64,000 bases of DNA from an uncultured Gammaproteobacteria bacterium (lineage in GTDB: Bacteria > Patescibacteriota > Patescibacteriia > SBBC01 > CAIJZX01): NCBI GenBank assembly GCA_964397195.1, contig CAYNGY010000002.1:180012-244011 (forward strand). The letters are read 5' to 3'. A model generated the notes under the pieces. It made no database searches and was not told where the DNA came from. It worked only from the letters and a program-made list of their open reading frames with translations. The translations under genes were made by a program, and so were the position numbers. This document shows, in pieces, positions 26,269 to 36,426 of the stretch; the first letter of the stretch is position 1; each line of letters begins with the position of its first letter.

Positions 26269-29200
26269 ATGCGGCAAAAAAACATTCGAACAATTCTCAG
26301 CATTGGTCTTCTGGTGGCGGCAGTCAGCGGTGGGTTGTGGCTGGCTTCGACCGCTCTTCCGGCCTCGGCCCAGACCGCGACCGCCTTTAGTATCGAGTCG
26401 ATTGGGACCAAGGTTGGACTGAAGAATACCGACCTGTTGCAGGTGGTCTATAACGTCATTCGATGGGCGCTGGGTATCTTGACCTTCACTGCGCTCGGCT
26501 TTGTCATGTACGGCGGTTTCTTGTGGTTGACGGCGGCGGGGAATGAAAAGCAGATTGAAAAGGCGAAACGGGTCATTCTCCAGGCTTTAATCGGCATGGT
26601 CATTGTGCTGATCGCTTGGGCGATTGTCTTGTTCGTCGCCCGGTTCTTCCGTGATGCGACCGACACCGGGAACACGAACAATACGAACTCCGGTGTGTCG
26701 TGTTTGCCCGGAAGTCCGGATTGTCCTGACCCGACCAGCACGTTCAATGTGACGACCGTGGCTACCTGTGCGGATCCGTCGGATTACACGACGAACGTGC
26801 CGCGCTCAAGTAATGTGGCGGTGTTCTTTAATGCGCCGGTGGCCCAAGACTCCGTCCAGGGCGCGGTTGAAGGGTCGGCACCAAAACTGATGACCTTGCG
26901 CTGTGGGACTGATGCGGCGAACGATCCGGCCTGTGCGACTCAAGACGTGGCGACGCGACCAGTCAGCAGTCAGCGATTTACCGCCAACAAGTCGGCCGCC
27001 ACCGAATCGAATCCGGGGGCCGAATGGGTGGCGAAGCAGCGCAGTAATGCCATTACGTTTGTCCATCGCTCGTTTGATACAAACGCGACCGACGCGAAAA
27101 ATCAATTATTTGAAGCCGAGCGAAGCTACCGAATTCAGGTGCCGCGTCAGGGATCGGCGACGGCGCTGACCGATGCGACCACTCAAGAACGGCCACTGGT
27201 TGATTGTCGAAATGATGACGGCAGTATCATCCCAAACTGTCAGGTTGATACCGACCAGCATATTATTCACTGGACCTTCACGACGGGTGAAGATGTGGCC
27301 GGTCCGGCCTTTGGGGTGACAAAAACAGTGCCGGTTTCAACCTACAAGTATCCGACGCCGGTGCCATCACCCGCGCCGGTTCCGGATCGCGATGTCGATC
27401 GGGATGGCGCACTGTGTATTTATTTCAGCGGTGCGGTCGATCCAATGTCGGTTGATGCCTCGAGCTTCACGGTCACAAAGTATCAGGCGACCGCGCCGCC
27501 GACAGCGGCCGGGAACTGGGTCAACGGGACACTCGAGACATCGACCCTGCCGACGGGCGACTTTACCGAGCCGTATTTCGTGAGCGGCGGACGCGGGGTA
27601 TGTATCGGTCCGAAAGCGCAACATGAATACGACGCGTTCTCCTGGTATCGGGTGCATGTGGACGGGATTCGAAACTTGTGTGGGACGGAAATGTCGCCGA
27701 CCCCATTCGAATGGGTGTTTGAGTCGAATGATCGGTTGCCGGGTGTCGAGAAAGTATACCCAGCCGACGGGGCGACGAATATGTGCCCAGCGACAAAAGT
27801 GAAAGTCGTGTTCCGGACGTCGATGTGGAATCGAGAGGCAAGTAACTGTACGGTTGGTGTCGGAAGCTACGTCACAAGCGGTCGTCTGACGACGGGTGGT
27901 GTTGATGCCGGTCGGGCCTTCCAAGTGGTGGATCAATTTGATCCGGATCAACCCAACCAAAACTGTCGCGTCTTTGAATTTGCACCGACGACTACCGCGT
28001 TGCGGCTCGGCCAAACATATAACGGCGTAGTGCTGACCAATCGGTCCATCGACTCCGATGGCAAAAAGCTGGAGGTCGGGACGGAGAACTCCGGGCATCC
28101 ATGGAGCTTTACCGTTGGTGCCGATGCCGCTACCTGTGTGCAACCGCCGTTGATTACACGGATTAGTCCGGCGGCTGGGAAAAACGGCCAGTGTATTACG
28201 GTCCAGGGTGATTATTTTGAAAAAGTGAATCAGGCTGATACAAACCCGGATAAGGCCGATCCGGGAGATGGATTAACCTTGGGTGGGCGCGATCAACTTA
28301 CCGATGCGGATGCGACCTGGACGAATAATAGTATCGTGACGGTGGTCGATGCCGGATCGCTTGAGCGCGATCGAAAGCAGCCCTATAAGGTTACCGTTCA
28401 TTACGGCGCACCGCTGAACGTTGATTTATCTGATGAGGTGGCTGATCGATTTACGTTACAGTCCGGCGATGGGTCGAGTGGCCCGTGTTTATTGAAACTG
28501 ACAAAGACGAGCGGTCCGCCGGGCACCCTCTTTAATGCGCTAGGGAAACGATTTGGAAATGGGACTGGTCAGAGCGCGGTGGCTTATCCGCTGTCACCGG
28601 CCGCCCAAGAGTTGCCGTACGCGTCGTGGTCAGCGACACAGGTTACGGGTGCAAATATTGTGACGGGGACGCCGGTTGGTGAAGCGCCGGTGAGTATTGT
28701 CGATGCCGCCGGTCAGATCAGCAACGAGATTCAATTTACGACAACCGCGCCGGTCGTGGCTGGGCCCGGGGCGCCGCGGGTTGAGGAATCAACGCTCTGC
28801 GAGCTGGATCCGGCCCGACGTGCCATTCCAAGTCCGAATCCGAAAGATGGTGACCAGAACGTTTGCTTAACCGTCCAACCTGAAGTGCGATTTACGATGC
28901 CGATGTTGGATACGAGTCTCACGGCGAATGGGGCGGTCGTAGTTTCCGATTGCACGTCGGGAACGTGTGATGTCGTGCCCGATACGTCGGTACATGTTGA
29001 TGCGGATGCAAAAGGGCTACAAATTCAAATGCCCCGTTTGACGCCGAGCCATAAGTACAGTGTCACCATCAGTGGTGATGTGCAAAGTACGACTCATGCC
29101 GTGATGGGGGCGGATTATACATGGCGATTTACCGCTCAATCGGGGAATGGGGACTGCCCAATTAAGGCGATCGGTATTGCCGAACGGAATACCTCATTTT

Positions 29201-32200
29201 CGACTTTGCCGTTCTCATACGCGCTGCATTCGCGACTCTATGATGCGGCCTGTCGAAGTATTACCGGCGCATGTGCGGCATACGACTGGACAAAAACGTC
29301 GTCGCCGAATGTCATCACACTCTCGTCAACGACGAGTCAGGATACGATTGCCAGTAGCGTTGACGATGGCACGATAGAGGAGGGGGTGGCGTCGGTGCAG
29401 GTGCAGTGTCAGGAGAAAGTCTCGCCGAAAGTGACGATCACGTACGACGCGACATCTTGTACGAGCGACGCGCAGTGTCAGGGCACGAATCGATTTGGTG
29501 AATCATGCACCACGGCTTCGCACTGCGTGAACTCTAGTTGTACGCCGGTGGTGACGAAACTAATGCCGGACAGTGGTCGGGCCGGTTCAGGTGTTTCGAT
29601 TCATGGCTGTTGGTTTGGCTCGTATGTTGACGGACGGAGTAAGGTTATTTTCGGCGCTGACCAAGGCGAACTCGCAAGAGAGGCACCGGCGTTTGACCCG
29701 CAGATCTGTGATAATCGTAGCAGTTGGCAAAATGATTATATAATCCGGGCGGTGCCGGCGAGTAGCGTTACCGGGTCGGTCAAAGTGATTCGGAGCGATA
29801 CGCGAGAGGCTAGCAGCGGCACGCCGTTCACCGTCAATACGGTGCTCCATCCGATATTGTGTAAGGTCCTTCCGCCATCGGCCGCACCGGGAACAAATGT
29901 GACAATGGTTGGAACGGGGTTCACTGATAAAACACTTCCGGATGCCTCATTGCCGGTTGACTCTTCAAATACGACCGCCCAAAGCTCAGCCCTGATTCAA
30001 AATGTTGATGCCGCGGCGAGTCTGCGGTCCATGACCGGATACCTGCGCTGGAACGACAAAGAGATTGCCGCGCCAATACCAAGCATCGGCTTCGGACTGA
30101 GCCGCGTTTATATTCGCGCCAATGCGATTGAGTCAAATGATGTCCTATTTACCGTTAAGGACCCGAACGCAGCGGCCTGTGTTTCTTGTACCGAGACGAC
30201 ATCCTGTCCAAATGCTGCTGATGGGTCGGTGCAGGGCTGTTCAAACGTGACAAAATGCTGCGCGCCGAGGCCGCGGGTTATTTCCTCAAATCCAAATGAC
30301 GGAGAGACGAATATGTGTCGCAATACTGTGACGCAACTACGTTTCTCGTTGCCGCTTGATGCCAATACCGCAACACCGGAGTCTGTGCGATACACCGACG
30401 GCGCATTTGTCCGGGCGACTGAGGTGAGCGTCCATACCGATGGTACCGAGGGTATTCTCACCATTCAGCCGGGACTGCTCGAGTCGAACGCTACCCAGCG
30501 TGTCTCCTTGCAAGGAGTGGCCGTAGCGAACGTTGCGGATCTCAAAAACGCGTCATTTGAAACAATGCAAAATGGCCAGGTGGCTTCGTGGGTAAACGTG
30601 CGGTCGAAGCAGACAACCGATCATCCCTCGGGTGTGACAGGGAAGTCGGGATTGGCCGATTGTTCCAACTGCGCAGCCGGTGAGCAAGCGTATTTAGCGC
30701 AAACTATCTTCCAATCGAACGGTGATCCGTGGCCGGCGAATAGCATGTTCCGAATAACCGGGTGGGTGAAAGTTGAACAGCCGGCCAACGTAAAATCTGG
30801 TTTGATCACACAGTGTACGGACGCGGCGGACCGACTGATTGATTGTACGTTTGATCTGGTTGAGGCGGCACCAGGATTATTCACCGGTACCTCGAGTGGG
30901 TGGCGGAAAGTGACATGGTATGCGCGAACAACGGTTCCGGCCGGATTGCATCTGAACTGTTTCGCTCGGGCTGGGGCCAAGACCTGGTGCGATAGCATCG
31001 TGGTCGAGCGAATGACTGATCAGGCGACGACGCTTCGTGGGCAGAATGGTGTTTTAGTTGACACGACAACGGGGACAAGGAGCTTCACCACGAGCACGGA
31101 AATATGTACGCTGGACCACGTGTCGGTCACCCCGTCGTATGATCATTGGGAAACAACGAATGACCAGCAAACATTCGTCGCTGAGGCTCGATCAACGAAT
31201 GGGCAGGTTATCGCGAATACGCCGGCATATAGTTATACGTGGACATGGAAAACTGGTGACGCGGGGATTGCAAAGCTCGGGACTGGTTCAGATCAAATTT
31301 CATTCAGTCTGCGGCAGGCTCTCTCGGGCGGGAAAATTGGGTCAACGCGGGTAACGGCCACAGCGGCGGTGACCACGAATAGTGCCCAGCCAACCGAGAA
31401 ACCGAAGAAGTCTGGCTCGGCAAGAATTGTTTCCTCAGTTTGTGCGAATCCTTGGCAGTTTGTTGATTCGGCAGATAATTGTGACACGGCGTCGTCACCA
31501 GCCGCCTGTGCAGACTTTAATTTCCAGATTGATTACTGCCGCGGAGCGGTCGGGGCGACACTCTTACCGGACTTCTCATATGTCGGTCAGGATGCGAGCA
31601 CGGGCATTGGTGCCATTGAAGGGGAGAATACGTCCCTCGGTCGCAAGAAATCTATTTTCTTTAAGGTCGATGCAAATGCAACTGATGCAATCGGGATTCT
31701 CATTTACGATAATACAAACTTTTTAACGCCAGCCGACTGGTTTGCGGATCACTTTCCATCACGTGCCGGCTCGGGCGTCTTCACGACTGTTGGTGGTTAC
31801 GGTGCCTATCAGGTTGGTTCAACCGTCTACGTTGGGGTGACCGATTTGGTTGGAACGGCGATGCGTGGACGCATCTTCGTCTTCGACTACAACTCCAATC
31901 AAGCGGATAGTCAGACAAAAGTTGTCTACACAGCGATGCTTGATGGCTTGATGTTCAACAATAATTTGAATGACGATATTGAGCGAGGCCAGCTCCAGCG
32001 CGATACGCAGCGCCGGCAAGATCTGAGTGCCATGGCTCGTTTGCTCGAGGCATACAAAAAGAGTAAAGGCACATTCCCATCCCTCGGCTCGGGGAGCTAC
32101 GTGACCGGGATCTCAACATCAAAGTGGCCGTCGTGGCAGGCGACACTTGGGGCGGCCTTGGGGAAGACGTTGCCGGTTGATCCACTCAATTCATTTGCCC

Positions 32201-32514
32201 GCACCTGTTCCGACAATGCGGCCCAACGGTGTACCCATGATGATCAGTGTGGTGGCGGGACCTGTAAGGCCCAAACCGTGTGTGCGACGCCCTTCGAGTC
32301 GTCGACCTGTTGGGCGGAGTCAACCCATAGATTTATGTTCCCAGCGGGCTCGACCGTTTATGGATATCAGTTCTCGGCCGGAACGTACCAGCTCAGTGCG
32401 CAGATGGAGTATGCGGGGGTCGGCAGTTTCCGGAACTTCTCGCCGCGATCAGCCGAGTGTGAATCAGGGGCGCTGAACGACTATCAGTGCTATAATTACC
32501 ATTACATCCAGTAA
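26269..32514 (+). CDS. 2,081-aa surface protein: N-terminal VirB2/TrbC-like pilin, Ig-like and IPT/TIG repeats, Cys-rich modules, C-terminal pseudopilin (GspG)-like domain
   Basis: 'YGGFLWLTAAGNEKQIEKAKRVILQALIG' (T4SS pilin-like). TIG-like 'ITRISPAAG...ITVQG' and 'WxD/N.xI' motifs. C-terminal 'RDTQRRQDL...YKK..GTFP...LPVDP'. Confidence 0.75.
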   Translation: MRQKNIRTILSIGLLVAAVSGGLWLASTALPASAQTATAFSIESIGTKVGLKNTDLLQVVYNVIRWALGILTFTALGFVMYGGFLWLTAAGNEKQIEKAKRVILQALIGMVIVLIAWAIVLFVARFFRDATDTGNTNNTNSGVSCLPGSPDCPDPTSTFNVTTVATCADPSDYTTNVPRSSNVAVFFNAPVAQDSVQGAVEGSAPKLMTLRCGTDAANDPACATQDVATRPVSSQRFTANKSAATESNPGAEWVAKQRSNAITFVHRSFDTNATDAKNQLFEAERSYRIQVPRQGSATALTDATTQERPLVDCRNDDGSIIPNCQVDTDQHIIHWTFTTGEDVAGPAFGVTKTVPVSTYKYPTPVPSPAPVPDRDVDRDGALCIYFSGAVDPMSVDASSFTVTKYQATAPPTAAGNWVNGTLETSTLPTGDFTEPYFVSGGRGVCIGPKAQHEYDAFSWYRVHVDGIRNLCGTEMSPTPFEWVFESNDRLPGVEKVYPADGATNMCPATKVKVVFRTSMWNREASNCTVGVGSYVTSGRLTTGGVDAGRAFQVVDQFDPDQPNQNCRVFEFAPTTTALRLGQTYNGVVLTNRSIDSDGKKLEVGTENSGHPWSFTVGADAATCVQPPLITRISPAAGKNGQCITVQGDYFEKVNQADTNPDKADPGDGLTLGGRDQLTDADATWTNNSIVTVVDAGSLERDRKQPYKVTVHYGAPLNVDLSDEVADRFTLQSGDGSSGPCLLKLTKTSGPPGTLFNALGKRFGNGTGQSAVAYPLSPAAQELPYASWSATQVTGANIVTGTPVGEAPVSIVDAAGQISNEIQFTTTAPVVAGPGAPRVEESTLCELDPARRAIPSPNPKDGDQNVCLTVQPEVRFTMPMLDTSLTANGAVVVSDCTSGTCDVVPDTSVHVDADAKGLQIQMPRLTPSHKYSVTISGDVQSTTHAVMGADYTWRFTAQSGNGDCPIKAIGIAERNTSFSTLPFSYALHSRLYDAACRSITGACAAYDWTKTSSPNVITLSSTTSQDTIASSVDDGTIEEGVASVQVQCQEKVSPKVTITYDATSCTSDAQCQGTNRFGESCTTASHCVNSSCTPVVTKLMPDSGRAGSGVSIHGCWFGSYVDGRSKVIFGADQGELAREAPAFDPQICDNRSSWQNDYIIRAVPASSVTGSVKVIRSDTREASSGTPFTVNTVLHPILCKVLPPSAAPGTNVTMVGTGFTDKTLPDASLPVDSSNTTAQSSALIQNVDAAASLRSMTGYLRWNDKEIAAPIPSIGFGLSRVYIRANAIESNDVLFTVKDPNAAACVSCTETTSCPNAADGSVQGCSNVTKCCAPRPRVISSNPNDGETNMCRNTVTQLRFSLPLDANTATPESVRYTDGAFVRATEVSVHTDGTEGILTIQPGLLESNATQRVSLQGVAVANVADLKNASFETMQNGQVASWVNVRSKQTTDHPSGVTGKSGLADCSNCAAGEQAYLAQTIFQSNGDPWPANSMFRITGWVKVEQPANVKSGLITQCTDAADRLIDCTFDLVEAAPGLFTGTSSGWRKVTWYARTTVPAGLHLNCFARAGAKTWCDSIVVERMTDQATTLRGQNGVLVDTTTGTRSFTTSTEICTLDHVSVTPSYDHWETTNDQQTFVAEARSTNGQVIANTPAYSYTWTWKTGDAGIAKLGTGSDQISFSLRQALSGGKIGSTRVTATAAVTTNSAQPTEKPKKSGSARIVSSVCANPWQFVDSADNCDTASSPAACADFNFQIDYCRGAVGATLLPDFSYVGQDASTGIGAIEGENTSLGRKKSIFFKVDANATDAIGILIYDNTNFLTPADWFADHFPSRAGSGVFTTVGGYGAYQVGSTVYVGVTDLVGTAMRGRIFVFDYNSNQADSQTKVVYTAMLDGLMFNNNLNDDIERGQLQRDTQRRQDLSAMARLLEAYKKSKGTFPSLGSGSYVTGISTSKWPSWQATLGAALGKTLPVDPLNSFARTCSDNAAQRCTHDDQCGGGTCKAQTVCATPFESSTCWAESTHRFMFPAGSTVYGYQFSAGTYQLSAQMEYAGVGSFRNFSPRSAECESGALNDYQCYNYHYIQ

Positions 32515-32524
32515 GCTTTCGCGT

Positions 32525-32869
32525 ATGACCGACCACCTCGAAATGCCGTCACCAGCCCCATTCGGTTGGCGTGGTCGTTTGGCGTCGAAGCGAAAAATCG
32601 TTATACTAGGCGGGCTTCTCGTGATACTCTTGATTCTTGGGGCGGTTGCCTTTTTCACGCGAAATCCACTTGGACCAAGCGATCCCGATATCAACACCAG
32701 TACGGAGAATACGAACACACCGGGTTCAAGCTCAACAAACCGAACATTCGAACGTTTTCAGGCGGTCGTCAATCGGCCGACAACGAATACGCCGACTAAC
32801 CTGAATCGTCCGACCAAAGAAGATACGGCGGAAGCCATTCGTTCACTCACTAACACCAACCCACGTTAA
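32525..32869 (+). CDS. Small single-TM protein with Asn/Thr-rich tail
   Basis: One TM helix followed by NTSTENTNT...TNTN. Confidence 0.65.
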   Translation: MTDHLEMPSPAPFGWRGRLASKRKIVILGGLLVILLILGAVAFFTRNPLGPSDPDINTSTENTNTPGSSSTNRTFERFQAVVNRPTTNTPTNLNRPTKEDTAEAIRSLTNTNPR

Positions 32870-32874
32870 TCAAC

Positions 32875-34254
32875 ATGCCTATGTTTGACTCACCACGTCC
32901 ACCACAAGCGCCGAACCCACTCAACCCAGTGATGCCGGCACCAGGAATGCAGACGCCGATGCCGGGAGCGGTTCCGCCTCCGCCAGCGCCTGGCCCAAGT
33001 TTGCCACCACAGCCACAGATTCATACAATGCCGGAACGATTCCGATCTACTGGTGGGTCAGCGAAGGGGGGCGGTGGTTCGAAGCGGTTGATTATTATTC
33101 TCGCCGTGGTGATTGGAGTTGGAGTGATCGTGTTGGGTGGTTTGTACGCCATGAACCGTTTCTTGTTAAACGGGAATGCAAATACCGCCAACACGAATAC
33201 CGAGCTTAATACGAACGCTGATGAGAATACCAACGCCGATGGTGGTGAGGTCCGCGATACCCAACGGAAAACCGATATTTCGGCAATTGTGACCGCCGCG
33301 CAGGATGTATTTGCCACGACCAGCGCGTATCCGACCACATTGGATGCCCTGAAGGCAGCGACCACAACAACCACGCTTAATATTACGGATCCGGGAACCG
33401 GTGTCGCGTATACGTACCAAACCTGTGATAGCGCGACCCATTTTGTGGTTACGGCGACACTTGAGACCGGCGAGGCGTGGGCGGCGAGTGATGTGACGAC
33501 GCTGGGGCAGGTTGGCGCCTTGTCATGCGGACAGGCAACCAACACCAATACGAGTACGAACACGAATAGCACGGTCGATTCGAACACGAATACAACGACG
33601 AACACGAATACCTCGACTAACACAAATACATCCACCTCCACCTCTTCCTATCTCAACTTGCCGTCGTCAACGGATACGGATGCTGATGGGTTGACGGATA
33701 CCGAAGAGGGCGTCTACGGGACGGTGGTCTCGAACCCAGACACGGATGGTGACGGGTTCATTGATGGGAAACAAACCCGAACGGATGGCACAGTCGTTGG
33801 AGAGCTCTACAACTTGTATGACCCGACGAAAGCGAATGGCGGCACTCTTGAAAGCAGCACCATTGCGCAGCGAGTATCGGATACGGCCAATACCTACAGC
33901 GTGCTCGCGCCAAAAGCCTGGACGTCGACTCCTGACGCGCAGGGCGGCATTCTCATCCAACCCTCGATCAATACCGGCGAGTTCTTCAAATTGAGTGTGG
34001 CGGACAATGCGTCGGGGCAGACACCAAAGCAGTGGTATCTGCAAGCAAACCCGTCGGCGGCGATCGATACGATGTCGACCGTGGCGGTCAACGGCCTTGA
34101 GGGCTTGGTGAGCGAAGACGGAACGACAGTCTATCTCTTTAAAGGGACAAAAGTGTACGCCATTCAGTATGGGGTTGGTTCGGTGACGAAGGTGAGCTAC
34201 CGCGCGACCTTCGATCTGATTGTCCGCAGTTTCAAGCTCGTTGCCAGTAGCTAA
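32875..34254 (+). CDS. Membrane-anchored protein: Pro-rich N-terminus, TM, pseudopilin-like domain, NT-rich linker, Ca-binding DxDxDG repeats, PsbP-like C-terminus
   Basis: 'RDTQRKTDI...AYP...DP' and 'DTDADGLTDTEE.VYGT...PDTDGDGFIDG'. Confidence 0.7.
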   Translation: MPMFDSPRPPQAPNPLNPVMPAPGMQTPMPGAVPPPPAPGPSLPPQPQIHTMPERFRSTGGSAKGGGGSKRLIIILAVVIGVGVIVLGGLYAMNRFLLNGNANTANTNTELNTNADENTNADGGEVRDTQRKTDISAIVTAAQDVFATTSAYPTTLDALKAATTTTTLNITDPGTGVAYTYQTCDSATHFVVTATLETGEAWAASDVTTLGQVGALSCGQATNTNTSTNTNSTVDSNTNTTTNTNTSTNTNTSTSTSSYLNLPSSTDTDADGLTDTEEGVYGTVVSNPDTDGDGFIDGKQTRTDGTVVGELYNLYDPTKANGGTLESSTIAQRVSDTANTYSVLAPKAWTSTPDAQGGILIQPSINTGEFFKLSVADNASGQTPKQWYLQANPSAAIDTMSTVAVNGLEGLVSEDGTTVYLFKGTKVYAIQYGVGSVTKVSYRATFDLIVRSFKLVASS

Positions 34255-34663
34255 GTCTCATCCACACGTTGACGTCACATGTGCCGTCAACGCCGGAGTC
34301 CCACCGACGTCGATACGCCGGTGGGCAGAGCAAGCGGTGAAAAAACTCCCGCTGCCGGTTGGACGAATCTCGATTGCTGTTGTTGGTGCGACCGCCTCAC
34401 GTCGGGCTAATGGGGCCTATCGAGAAAAACCATACCCGACGAATGTTCTCTCCTTTGTTTTTTCGCCAGCGGTGGATGGAGTGATCGGTGAAATTCTCCT
34501 CTGTCCGACGGTCATTCGTCGCGAGGCGCGCGGCCCTGAGTATCCGCAGCGATTCCGCTTCCTCTTACAACATGGTTTGATCCATCTGTGCGGATTCGAT
34601 CACCACACACGGCCAGAGCAGCGTCGCTGGGATCGCTACGAAAAACGGTTGTTACGATTATGA
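34220..34663 (+). CDS. ybeY: rRNA maturation endoribonuclease YbeY (start uncertain)
   Basis: N..YR.K..PTNVLSF, GEI, HGLIHLCGFDH. Precedes dgkA. Confidence 0.9.
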   Translation: MSAVSSSLPVAKSHPHVDVTCAVNAGVPPTSIRRWAEQAVKKLPLPVGRISIAVVGATASRRANGAYREKPYPTNVLSFVFSPAVDGVIGEILLCPTVIRREARGPEYPQRFRFLLQHGLIHLCGFDHHTRPEQRRWDRYEKRLLRL

Positions 34664-35022
34664 TGTTAAGTCCATACCGATTCTCCAGAAGCTTGGGCCA
34701 TGCGGCACGAGGCTTTTCCCGAGCCTTTCAAGGTGAGCACTCATTCCGGATCCATGTGGTTGTGGCGTTATTGGTGACGGTGTTGTTGTTTCTGCTCGAC
34801 CTCGACCCGCTGGCCATTGGGGTGGTGGTGTTAGTCATTGGTCTCGTCCTCATGTTGGAGCTCGTCAATTCGGCCATTGAGCGGTTAGTGGGGATGATGG
34901 AACCGCGGGTGCATCCGGCGGTGGCCGCGATTAAGGATTTGATGGCCGCGGCTGTCCTAACGGTGGCTGTAACCGCTCTGTTAATAGGGTGTTTAGTCTT
35001 TATACCGGCTCTAACGCCCTGA
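34660..35022 (+). CDS. dgkA: Diacylglycerol/undecaprenol kinase family protein
   Basis: E.SFRIH, ELVNSAIE, AIKDLMAAAV. ATGA overlap with ybeY. Confidence 0.9.
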   Translation: MMLSPYRFSRSLGHAARGFSRAFQGEHSFRIHVVVALLVTVLLFLLDLDPLAIGVVVLVIGLVLMLELVNSAIERLVGMMEPRVHPAVAAIKDLMAAAVLTVAVTALLIGCLVFIPALTP

Positions 35023-35100
35023 ACACTTCCGGTGTTCAAGGGGTTTTCCTCCTTGACAATAATGGTGTATACTATTCTCGTCACAAACCCAATTTGACCC

Positions 35101-36345
35101 ATGTCTCGAACTGAACTCATGACCGGCCTCGATATCGGATCTTCAGCGATCCGGGTTGTTGTTGGCCAGCCGCACCCGGCGGGAGAGGGGATTCAAATCA
35201 TCGGGGCTGCCGAAGGCCCAGCGGATGGGATTGCCAAGGGCACAATCACCAGCATCGAAGAGGCGGTCTCGGCGATTTCGGCTACCCTCGAAAAAGCTGA
35301 ACGAATGACCGGCGCGCCAGTTGAGCATGCGGTGGTTAGTATCAATGGCCCGCAGATTGCGTCCCAGGATAGCCATGGGATTGTAGCGGTGGCCAAGGCG
35401 GATGGTGAGATTAAACAGAACGATGTCGATCGAGTTCTGGAGGCTGCCCAGGCCGTGGCAACGCCCCCGAACTACGAGATTCTACACCGCATCCCACGCG
35501 CCTTTACCGTCGATAACCAGCATGGCGTAAAAGACCCGATCGGCATGTCGGCCATGCGTCTCGAAGTTGATGCGCAAATCATGCAGTGTCCGACGGCGCA
35601 GATGAAGAACCTAGAAAAAACAATTTACCGGACCGGCGTGAGTATCGATGATATCGTCCTCGGTGTTTTAGCCTCCGCGGAAGCCGCGGTAACCAAACGT
35701 CAAAAAGAGTTAGGGGTGGCTCTCGTCAACATCGGTTCGTCGACGACCAGCCTTTTGGTGTTTGAAGAGGGCGATGTTCTCCATACAAAAGTATTGCCGA
35801 TCGGCGCGAGCCATGTGACCAATGACATTGCCATCGGCCTGCGGGTGTCGATTGACCTGGCGGAGAAAGTGAAGATTGAACATGGAACGGCCATGCCAGA
35901 TGATGTGCAGAAGCGCGATGATATTAATCTCTCCACACTCGGTGGTGACGATATTGCGGTGTCACGACGGCAGGTGGCCGAGATTATTGAGGCCCGGATT
36001 GAGGAAGTGTTTAAGCTTCTCGATCGTGAACTGCAACAGATTGATCGTTCGGGGTTATTGCCGGCCGGTATTATTTTGACCGGTGGTGGTGCGAAACTCC
36101 CAGGACTGGTGGAGATGGCGAAAAAAGAATTTCGTTTGCCGGCGGCTGTCGGTATGCCAGTCGGTTTCACCAGTGCGATAGAAAAAATAAATGACCCGTC
36201 GTTCACCACCGCACTCGGTTTGGCGGCGTGGGGTCTTAGTGCGCATCGAACCCAGGGTCTCCTCGGCGGCGTCGGCAATCGACTCGGAGCCGTCCGCGAT
36301 ACCGTTGGCTCGATCCGCGGATGGTTTAAGGGTTTTCTCCCGTAA
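35101..36345 (+). CDS. ftsA: Cell division protein FtsA
   Basis: GLDIGSS, DPIGMS.MRLE, VTNDIAIGL, LTGGGAKLPG. Upstream of ftsZ. Confidence 0.97.
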   Translation: MSRTELMTGLDIGSSAIRVVVGQPHPAGEGIQIIGAAEGPADGIAKGTITSIEEAVSAISATLEKAERMTGAPVEHAVVSINGPQIASQDSHGIVAVAKADGEIKQNDVDRVLEAAQAVATPPNYEILHRIPRAFTVDNQHGVKDPIGMSAMRLEVDAQIMQCPTAQMKNLEKTIYRTGVSIDDIVLGVLASAEAAVTKRQKELGVALVNIGSSTTSLLVFEEGDVLHTKVLPIGASHVTNDIAIGLRVSIDLAEKVKIEHGTAMPDDVQKRDDINLSTLGGDDIAVSRRQVAEIIEARIEEVFKLLDRELQQIDRSGLLPAGIILTGGGAKLPGLVEMAKKEFRLPAAVGMPVGFTSAIEKINDPSFTTALGLAAWGLSAHRTQGLLGGVGNRLGAVRDTVGSIRGWFKGFLP

Positions 36346-36426
36346 ACTCATCTGAACACCTAAAGTGTTCAGCCTCGTTCCTGTGGATTTCTTTGCTGGA
36401 AGGGGCTGTGGTATACTATTGCTACC

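Noticed and set aside
33538-33640. Tandem AACACGAAT-like repeats as a CRISPR array or VNTR
   Set aside because: They are imperfect codon-level repeats encoding an Asn/Thr linker. There is no repeat-spacer structure and no cas genes.
35053-35078. TTGACA promoter for ftsA
   Set aside because: The candidate -10 boxes are 9 or 14 bp away, not 16-18 bp, so the pairing cannot be supported.
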